Shown here: positions 57,466 to 64,000 of the stretch, in pieces
Layout of the letters: each line of letters starts with the position of its first letter
How positions within the stretch are numbered: the first letter of the stretch is position 1
From: an uncultured Candidatus Saccharibacteria bacterium
Lineage (GTDB): Bacteria > Patescibacteriota > Minisyncoccia > Phycocordibacterales > CSBR16-119
DNA length: 64,000 nt
Direction: 5' to 3'
Assembly (NCBI GenBank): GCA_964355515.1
Contig: CAYHDV010000003.1
Location: 7,914 to 71,913 of the forward strand
The notes under the pieces: model-generated
What the model was told of the DNA's origin: nothing
Databases searched by the model: none
The model's input: only the letters and a program-made list of their open reading frames with translations
Position numbers and translations under genes: made by a program

Positions 57466-57708
57466 TTAGCTCCAGTCATCCATGTTTGCATCTTCTAGAG
57501 GGTTGTATCCTTCATCTTCGTCATCTACCCCTCCAAAAAGTTTTGCATCATCTATTTCGTCTTCATCGTCCTCGTCTTCATCTTCTTCAGCAGATTCATT
57601 GCTAGATAAACCAATAAGAGGGTTGTCCTCGTCCTCATCATCCATGTTTTCTTCAAAGCCCTCCAAGACGTCATCCTCTAACTCTTTTGTTTCATCATCG
57701 AAATCCAT
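57466..57708 (-). CDS. Extremely acidic small protein (80 aa, about 50% D/E)
   Basis: ORF between two terminators. Composition MDFDDETKELEDDVLEGFEENMDDEDEDNP.... Confidence 0.35.
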   Translation of the reverse strand: MDFDDETKELEDDVLEGFEENMDDEDEDNPLIGLSSNESAEEDEDEDDEDEIDDAKLFGGVDDEDEGYNPLEDANMDDWS

Positions 57709-57777
57709 TTTGTTATAAATTTAATTAAATAAGTAAGATAGTATGTTTATACACGCATAGACAAATCTTTGCAACCT

Positions 57778-58275
57778 TTAAGACGAGCCCTTGTGGATAT
57801 GTGCATTTTTCATATAAGCAAAAGCAGTTATTCCGACAGCAATAGCATCTATTTCGTCATCAATATACTTTCTTTTTTCGAGCGCACAGATAAGAGAAAC
57901 CATTTTGTGAACCTCTGTCTTGCTTGCTCCTCCGTGCCCCGCAACAGCTGATTTTATTTGAAGGGGGGTGAACTCAGAGACTGTCAGCCCTTTTGTTTTG
58001 GCGGTGTAGATCATTGCTCCACGAGCCTCAGATACCGCCATTACTGTTTTTTGGTTATTGGCAAAGAATAGGTTTTCTATTGCAAAAACAGTAGGCTTAT
58101 ATTCCTCGATAAGAAATTCTAAATGTTGCCCAATATCAAAAATCCTATCAGCCACATCCTTTTTCTTTTCTGTTTGGAAACACTCAGAAAAAACAATCTG
58201 CTCTTTCCCGGAAACTTTTTCCAAAACAGCTATACCCACCCGGTCATACCCAGGATCAATTGCTAAAATTCTCAT
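57778..58275 (-). CDS. ruvC: Crossover junction endodeoxyribonuclease RuvC
   Basis: MRILAIDPGYDRVGIAV. Catalytic acidic residues pattern. Start set at MRIL. Confidence 0.85.
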   Translation of the reverse strand: MRILAIDPGYDRVGIAVLEKVSGKEQIVFSECFQTEKKKDVADRIFDIGQHLEFLIEEYKPTVFAIENLFFANNQKTVMAVSEARGAMIYTAKTKGLTVSEFTPLQIKSAVAGHGGASKTEVHKMVSLICALEKRKYIDDEIDAIAVGITAFAYMKNAHIHKGSS

Positions 58276-58310
58276 GACTTTAGTATACAAGAAATAGGTA
58301 GAGTTTGTTT

Positions 58311-58841
58311 TTACTCTGCACTTGTATACACATCCTGCACATCATCATGCTCCTCGATTGCGTCTATTATTCTTTCTAGTTTTTCACCATCTTCTTCGTT
58401 TATTTCCATTGTGGTGTTTGGTTCCCAGTCTCCAGTCTCTTGATTTTTTGTAAAATTCCAAGCCACTGATCCTTGAGCCCCAAAGGATGCACCGTTTTTA
58501 CTCAAAAGATGTTTGATCTCAGAATTTGTCCTGTTGTTATTATCTGTGAGCGCTGTGATGATGATCCCAATACCTGCTGGTCCATAAGCCTCAAACATTA
58601 CCGGCTGAACATCTCCCATCTCTGATGCTTTCTTGATAGCCCTCTCTATATTGTCTTTTGGCATGTTGGCTTTGTTTGCTTTTTCTATTGCCATTTTAAG
58701 TCCAGGCGAATCTATGTTGCCATTTGATTTTTTTGCTTCAACTTGAATTAGTCTTACAAGTTTACCAAAGATGGCAGACTTTTTTGAATCACTCGCCGCT
58801 TTTTTGTGTTTTATTTTACTCCATTTGTTGTGTCCTGACAT
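58311..58841 (-). CDS. yebC: YebC/PmpR-family DNA-binding regulatory protein (short form)
   Basis: MSGHNKWSKIKHKKAASDSKKSAIFGKL matches the YebC N-terminus. 176 aa. Confidence 0.8.
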   Translation of the reverse strand: MSGHNKWSKIKHKKAASDSKKSAIFGKLVRLIQVEAKKSNGNIDSPGLKMAIEKANKANMPKDNIERAIKKASEMGDVQPVMFEAYGPAGIGIIITALTDNNNRTNSEIKHLLSKNGASFGAQGSVAWNFTKNQETGDWEPNTTMEINEEDGEKLERIIDAIEEHDDVQDVYTSAE

Positions 58842-58855
58842 AAATATAAAATTAA

Positions 58856-59830
58856 TTAAATCTTCTGAATTCCTAAATGCTCATATGCTTTGTCTGTGGC
58901 GACTCGTCCACGAGAAGTTTTGTCGAGGAGTCCCTGTTGGATCATGTATGGCTCGATCACATCTTCTATTGTGGACTCGTCTTCTCCTGTGGCAGCAGCG
59001 ATAGTTTTTAACCCCACAGGTCCACCACTGAATTTTTCTATAATTGTCCGGAGGATGAATCTGTCATTTTCAAACAGACCTAGGTCGTCAACCCCTAGTA
59101 ATTCTAGGGCCTCCTTTACTCTTGCATCATCTAATCCTTCGTTTTTTACTTGAGCGTAGTCTCGACATCTTTTGAGGAAATAGTTTGCTGTTCGGGGCGT
59201 TGATCTACTTCTTCTGGCAATTTCTTTTGTAGCACCCTCGGTAAGTGGAGTTTCTAGTTTTTGTGCGGATTGGGTTATTATTTTCCCTAGTTCTTCTTCT
59301 GTGTAGTATTCAAGTCTGTGAACCCCGCCTGAGAACCGTGAACGAAGTGGGGCAGAGAGAAGAGACATCTTTGTTGTTGCGGCCACAAGTGTGAAGGCTG
59401 GTAGGTCTAGCTGGATAGTTCTAGCTGATGGGCCTTTACCGATAATAATATCCAAGACCCCAGACTCCATGGCAGGGTAGAGGACTTCTTCGATGAGTTT
59501 GTTTAGTCGATGAATCTCATCTATAAATAAAATATCACCCGGCTCTAGGTTTGTGAGGATGCTTGCCAAGTCTCCAACTTTTTCTATAGCTGGGCCACTT
59601 GTTGTTTTTAGGTTCCGTCCAGTTTCTTTGGCTATCAAGTGCGCGAGAGTTGTCTTACCAAGGCCAGGTGGCCCGTAGAATAGCAGGTGATCTGCGGGTT
59701 GGTTTCGCTGTTTAGCAGCCTCAAGAAGAATATGAAGGTTCTTTTTTATACCTTCTTGTCCAATATATGTTTCCCAAGAATTTGGCCTGAGACTTTGATC
59801 CAGATGGTCGATTTTTTGGTTATCTTTCAT
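58856..59830 (-). CDS. ruvB: Holliday junction branch-migration helicase RuvB
   Basis: LRP..W..YIGQE, Walker [12 protein letters not shown], and sensor motifs. Start set at MKDNQKID. Confidence 0.9.
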   Translation of the reverse strand: MKDNQKIDHLDQSLRPNSWETYIGQEGIKKNLHILLEAAKQRNQPADHLLFYGPPGLGKTTLAHLIAKETGRNLKTTSGPAIEKVGDLASILTNLEPGDILFIDEIHRLNKLIEEVLYPAMESGVLDIIIGKGPSARTIQLDLPAFTLVAATTKMSLLSAPLRSRFSGGVHRLEYYTEEELGKIITQSAQKLETPLTEGATKEIARRSRSTPRTANYFLKRCRDYAQVKNEGLDDARVKEALELLGVDDLGLFENDRFILRTIIEKFSGGPVGLKTIAAATGEDESTIEDVIEPYMIQQGLLDKTSRGRVATDKAYEHLGIQKI

Positions 59831-59981
59831 TGTGTATAGTATAGCATTGTATAGTTTTCTTTCGAAAAGCTTGACAAATATATATAAACATGCTAAGATG
59901 TATTTTAGTAGGGTTTTTATTCTAAAAAACCCTTGAAAAATAAAGGCAAAAACCAATCTGCTTTTTTAAATGAAAAAAGTA

Positions 59982-60016
59982 TTGACATTAAAGTGTGGAT
60001 AGGTATGATGTATACT
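59982..60016 (+). promoter_or_regulatory. Sigma-70-like promoter (TTGACA, 17 nt, TATGAT) with no downstream plus-strand gene
   Basis: Consensus -35 with a good -10. The next plus-strand signal is a terminator at 60215-60252. Confidence 0.4.
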
Positions 60017-60214
60017 CATTTGTTTTTTATTGACAAAAGAAGAAAAGAAAGCTCTAACCTCTAAGTAATCAGCGTTCGCTCGCCCTGCAGTTTTAAAAAG
60101 GACGTCTTGGTTTCCGGTCCGCCGGATTTACTGTGGCTATCCTCTGAGACTCTGCTACATTTAAGACACAGTTTTAAATGGATTGTTTGGGGGTTAGAAC
60201 TTTTTTCTTTTTAC

Positions 60215-60252
60215 AAAAAATCCCAAGTACATAATTACTTGGGATTTTTTAT
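60215..60252. terminator. Bidirectional terminator hairpin
   Basis: aaaaaatcccaagtacataattacttgggatttttt. Confidence 0.75.
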
Positions 60253-60259
60253 ATTTATT

Positions 60260-61972
60260 TTAATATACTTCAGACAAGTCAACAGATCGCTCTACTTCTT
60301 CGAGAGTTGTTATCCCTTTAAGAATTTTTATAACCCCGTCTTCTTGCATTGTTAGAAATCCTTGTTTGGCAGCGACTTCTCGTATTTCTCTTTCACTTGG
60401 GTTTGTGGGTATTATTTTTTCTATTTGCTCATCTGCTGCCACAGCTTCAAACACACCGAGTCTGCCTTTATATCCAGTTGGAGCTTTGTCGCAGCCAACA
60501 GGAGAGAAAATCACATATTCCTTTTTTTCTATGAGAGAAATATCTATTCCATATTTACTAAAATCTTTTCCTTGAGAAATTCCATGTTTGAGTACTTGGA
60601 GTATTTTTTTATGCTCGTCTTCTGTTGGAGGTAGACTCTTTTTTGTCTCTGGATAAAGAACGCGAACAAGTCTTTGAGCAATAGCGAGAGAAAGGGCAGA
60701 AGGAATAGTCTTTGCATTTACCCCAAGATCAATAAGCCTGGGGATTGCTCCTGCCGCATTGTTTGTGTGGAGAGTGGAGAACACGATGTGTCCAGTAAGA
60801 GCGGACTCCACAGCAATCTTGGCTGTTTCCCCATCTCGGATTTCTCCCACCATGATTACCTCTGGATCTTGGCGAAGAGCACTTCGAAGTCCTTCTAGAA
60901 AAGTGTAGCCTTTTCTCTGGTCAACCTGAGTTTGGGTGATTCCTCGTAGGTGATATTCGACAGGATCCTCGATGGTGATAATCTTTTTCTCAGTAGAGTA
61001 GATTTTTTGGAGGAAAGAATAAAGACTTGTTGTCTTCCCGGAACCAGTAGGTCCGGTAAGGATTATAAGCCCATTTGGTTTTGATATTTCTAGAGTTACT
61101 CTTTCAAGTAAATATGGATCCATACCCAGGCTTTCCATTCCCACCTGAATATTCCTAGGGTCAAGAAGCCTCATAACGAGAGATTCTCCATAAGCTCCAG
61201 GGATGGCTGAAGATCGAATATTAATTTCTTCACCTTCAATCATGATAGAGAAACGACCATCTTGGTTTTTGTTCATGATGGTGATTTTCATCCCAGATAA
61301 GAGCTTGATTCTTGCTCGAAGAAGTTTAAACATAACCTCTGGAAAAGAAATAATCTCTTGGAGGATGCCATCTATTCGAAGACGAAGACGGATAGAATCT
61401 TCTTCTGGCTCAACATGGATATCAGAGGCACCGAGCCCAATACTTGCAGCAAGAATAGCTTCAAGGAGAGTGGAAACAGAAGAAGATCCTCCTTGGTCAA
61501 CAATTTCTTGAAGAACCAACCTTGCTGTTTTTAGAGTTTTTGTTTTTTCTTTTAAGGTTTCAAGTGATTCATTGTGAATATCAAGACTTCCTTTGCTTGA
61601 TTGCTTGGTTAGAGAGATTTCTTTGTACCTTGCGAGAACTTTGTTTACACTTCTCTCCGACGCCATAAAAAGGTTTGGATGATATCCTTGTTTTTTTAAT
61701 TCTTCAACCAAAAGAGAGGTCAGTTCTGATTCTGGTGAACGAACAGCCAGGTCGACACTCTTTCCTTTTATATGGAAAGCTCCAACCATGGCTTCTCTTG
61801 CCACTTCTTCTGGAACTGTCTCCATAGCTGAGTTTTCTATGATTACTTGCTGGAGGTTTATATAGGGTAGATCAAATTTTGTGCTCGCAAGCATTTGGAT
61901 CAGGTCTTCCTCCTCTTCTTTCCGAAACTCTTGGAGTTTTTGGTTTTGATAGTCGTCTTTAAAAGTTGCCAT
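60260..61972 (-). CDS. pilB: Type IV pilus/type II secretion assembly ATPase, PilB/GspE family
   Basis: Walker A GPTGSGKTT. Asp box, His box. C-terminal Zn-binding Cys pair. 570 aa. Confidence 0.85.
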   Translation of the reverse strand: MATFKDDYQNQKLQEFRKEEEEDLIQMLASTKFDLPYINLQQVIIENSAMETVPEEVAREAMVGAFHIKGKSVDLAVRSPESELTSLLVEELKKQGYHPNLFMASERSVNKVLARYKEISLTKQSSKGSLDIHNESLETLKEKTKTLKTARLVLQEIVDQGGSSSVSTLLEAILAASIGLGASDIHVEPEEDSIRLRLRIDGILQEIISFPEVMFKLLRARIKLLSGMKITIMNKNQDGRFSIMIEGEEINIRSSAIPGAYGESLVMRLLDPRNIQVGMESLGMDPYLLERVTLEISKPNGLIILTGPTGSGKTTSLYSFLQKIYSTEKKIITIEDPVEYHLRGITQTQVDQRKGYTFLEGLRSALRQDPEVIMVGEIRDGETAKIAVESALTGHIVFSTLHTNNAAGAIPRLIDLGVNAKTIPSALSLAIAQRLVRVLYPETKKSLPPTEDEHKKILQVLKHGISQGKDFSKYGIDISLIEKKEYVIFSPVGCDKAPTGYKGRLGVFEAVAADEQIEKIIPTNPSEREIREVAAKQGFLTMQEDGVIKILKGITTLEEVERSVDLSEVY

Positions 61973-62129
61973 AGGTAAATTATAGCTTACTTGCTACTTT
62001 TCCCGCGGGGAATATGGGTAAAAAGCCTCTTTCTAGACAACCCAAAAAGAGACTGAGGGGGTATTGACAATACAATCCTTTTATGCTAGACTTAACAAAA
62101 ATAGAAACAGAACCTTAAAAACCAAGAAC

Positions 62130-64000
62130 ATGAAAAAAACAGTCATGATTTTGCTGATGATGGTTTCCTTTGCTGGAAATCTCTTGGCGCAGAAAAAAGA
62201 TGCTTGCACCAAGCCGTTCGCGGCTATGGGTGAGTATCAGGAATTCCTTGTTGAAGATGGCTTTTCGGAGTCAGAAGCACAAGACGCAGCCGTGGGGAGC
62301 CTCGTGGCTTTTCATACCGGGGGAGACATGAATTACAAAGGGGTCGATTACTCCTTTGTGGGCGCAAAAAGCATCCACAACTCTGACTTCGAGTCAGAGG
62401 GTAATCGACTAACCCTTTTCCATCACCATTTGAGGATGATGGAAAGCGCTCTCCGCATAAGCGGTCAGCGTCCGGTGGATTATGTTCTCTCTGAGGGCGA
62501 GGCCCGTATGATTCTCAAAGATTCAATCTCCATTTCGGTGGAGGTTGTCACACAACCATTCCAAATCATGAACTCGATGTGGGACATGTGTAACGACAGG
62601 GCCACAGAGACCCTGGATACACTGGCTGTTGGAGAAACCTTTGTGAATTTTCTTTTGGGAGACATCGTCCTTTTCAGGGTGAAACTTAAATGTTCAAACC
62701 CGTTTCCTGGCCCGCTTCAAATGAAGGAGGTCTTAGAAAAAGAAGTAGTCGTTCACCTAACATGGGAAGACGATGAAAGACAAAGGAAAGAGAACGTGGG
62801 CGATACAACCATCGTGAAAAAAGAGGCTTCTTCTGGCGGTGCGACCGCAAGCGTTGGAGATATCAATATCACCAACGAGATCAGCGGCCTTGGAGGGCAA
62901 CTATCTCAGGCTGGATATTATCCAGGACCGGGGTTTTATGCTTCTGCATCTGTGGGGATGAGTGCTGGTTACCAGCCCATGTATAGCGGTGGAGGGATGG
63001 TTGGTTTTGGTGGCAATAGCTGCTATGGGCCTTCTTTGTCTCTCAACTTCTTCTGTTACTTGTTCAATTCGAACAATAACACATGGCAACAATCGAACGG
63101 TCAGGGTGGTTATACAAGTTGTGGGAATCCTTTCTACGGAGGGGATACATACAATTACTATTACAACATTTATGAGGACAATTCCACGACAATCGTGGAC
63201 TCATACAATGTTGATGACCATTCTTATGTCGACAACAGCAACGTGATCAATTGGATGGGTGGAACCCTTCCAAACGATTCAACCCCTGGTGGAGGTGGAG
63301 ACAATCCTAATCCATTGCCAAACGATTCAACCCCTGGTGGAGGCAGTGAAAAACGTGATTTCTCAAGTCGAGATCTCGCTGTTAAGACGATTCCAAAGAC
63401 CAAGGAAACAACTGCCTCTAGAGACCTTGCGGTTTCAAGGCAGGAGCCGAGGAAGGTTGATGTTCAGCCAAGCAAGAGTGTTGGGAAAGTGAGCTTGCCT
63501 GCGATGGTGACTGGCACGAGAGATCTTAATGTAAAACAGATCAATCGTAATCCCGGGAAGGTGACAATGGCTACTGCAATTCGAGAATCTGTTCAACCCG
63601 CTAAAAGTCATCAACCTGAAAGGGTGACCATGGCAGAAGCGAGCACAACTAAATCGATTTCAGAACCGACCAAAAGTCCGTCTGGAGGTAGGGTGACCAT
63701 GGCAACTGCTACTCGAAATGCTGGTACAGCATCTTCCTTGCCTCCAAAGTCTGGAGATCGGGTAAGTATGTCAACAGCCACTCGCGGTCAGTCAGTGACC
63801 GAGCCAAGCCGGAATCAACCTGAAAGGGTAAGCATGGCAATGGCAAGTAAGCCGCAATCTGTTGTAAGTCCGACCAAAAGTCATCAGCCAGAAAGGCTGA
63901 CGATGGCAAATACAAGTCGGCCGCAGGTCCAAGCTCCATCTCCAAACAGAGGAGGTCAAGTAGGAAACTCTCCTGGTAAAACCCTTCAAGCTCCATCGGT
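62130..64000 (+). CDS. Secreted tandem-repeat protein, 3'-truncated by the window end (at least 623 aa). GC-rich relative to the rest of the window
   Basis: Not in the ORF track (no stop in window). Signal peptide MKKTVMILLMMVSFAGNLLA. Open frame to the end of the window. The C-terminal half consists of degenerate repeats of about 25 aa (xRVTMAxAxR...PxKS) plus a 48-nt exact tandem duplication (PNDSTPGGG). Confidence 0.6.
   Translation, partial: MKKTVMILLMMVSFAGNLLAQKKDACTKPFAAMGEYQEFLVEDGFSESEAQDAAVGSLVAFHTGGDMNYKGVDYSFVGAKSIHNSDFESEGNRLTLFHHHLRMMESALRISGQRPVDYVLSEGEARMILKDSISISVEVVTQPFQIMNSMWDMCNDRATETLDTLAVGETFVNFLLGDIVLFRVKLKCSNPFPGPLQMKEVLEKEVVVHLTWEDDERQRKENVGDTTIVKKEASSGGATASVGDINITNEISGLGGQLSQAGYYPGPGFYASASVGMSAGYQPMYSGGGMVGFGGNSCYGPSLSLNFFCYLFNSNNNTWQQSNGQGGYTSCGNPFYGGDTYNYYYNIYEDNSTTIVDSYNVDDHSYVDNSNVINWMGGTLPNDSTPGGGGDNPNPLPNDSTPGGGSEKRDFSSRDLAVKTIPKTKETTASRDLAVSRQEPRKVDVQPSKSVGKVSLPAMVTGTRDLNVKQINRNPGKVTMATAIRESVQPAKSHQPERVTMAEASTTKSISEPTKSPSGGRVTMATATRNAGTASSLPPKSGDRVSMSTATRGQSVTEPSRNQPERVSMAMASKPQSVVSPTKSHQPERLTMANTSRPQVQAPSPNRGGQVGNSPGKTLQAPS

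Noticed and set aside
60030-60068. Second TTGACA promoter in the candidate sRNA region
   Set aside because: No acceptable -10 hexamer at 16-18 bp spacing.
62480-63996. Several 60-95-aa ORFs on both strands (62480..62665, 62901..63092, 62962..63246, 63259..63492, 63709..63996)
   Set aside because: All lie inside, or out of frame with, the long GC-rich repeat-protein gene starting at 62130. They are repeat-driven artefacts.

Overview
This 64-kb window is AT-rich (roughly 35-40% GC by eye) with tightly packed, mostly short genes, consistent with a reduced-genome bacterium. It is possibly a Patescibacteria/CPR-type lineage, which is inference only. Standard genetic code is used, and UGA is not read through in any confident gene.

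Supported content:
- Housekeeping genes: clpP, rny, hup, ung, cca, xth, rpsO, uvrD/pcrA, rsmA, tyrS, ruvB-yebC-ruvC, a class A PBP, a LysM/M23 peptidase, a ComM/YifB ATPase, and DksA/TraR-like and NYN/LabA-like proteins.
- The chromosomal replication origin region: yidC-yidD-rnpA-rpmH on the minus strand diverging from dnaA-dnaN on the plus strand, with TTATCCACA DnaA boxes.
- Three tRNAs: Gly-UCC, Pro-UGG, Arg-UCG.
- A repeat-rich accessory hotspot at about 8.6-12.1 kb. It holds a tRNA-Gly followed by two decayed tandem copies, a tRNA-Pro with a partial duplicate, a YraN endonuclease, and an IS200-like/REP-associated tyrosine transposase (RAYT). The RAYT is bracketed by perfect REP-like hairpins, one of which sits in-frame inside it, and a second 14-bp palindrome is sprinkled through neighbouring ORFs.
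- A Xer-type tyrosine recombinase next to a 428-bp direct repeat that flanks a PQQ-like beta-propeller gene. Each repeat copy carries a solitary type I-E CRISPR-like GC hairpin.
- A co-directional cluster of about 15 kb (33.7-48.6 kb) of secreted and membrane proteins. It contains a VirB6/TrbL-like polytopic protein, a PrgI/VirB3-like protein and a VirB4-like ATPase split into two ORFs. It looks like a Gram-positive-type (minimal) type IV secretion system (T4SS) or conjugation-like apparatus, with no relaxase or VirD4 in view.
- A separate PilB/GspE ATPase.
- A GC-rich (about 50%) 3'-truncated gene at the window end encoding a secreted tandem-repeat protein, a likely foreign acquisition.

Several conserved non-coding modules and candidate sRNA loci are noted. 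Most are structural observations that need covariance or homology searches to resolve.
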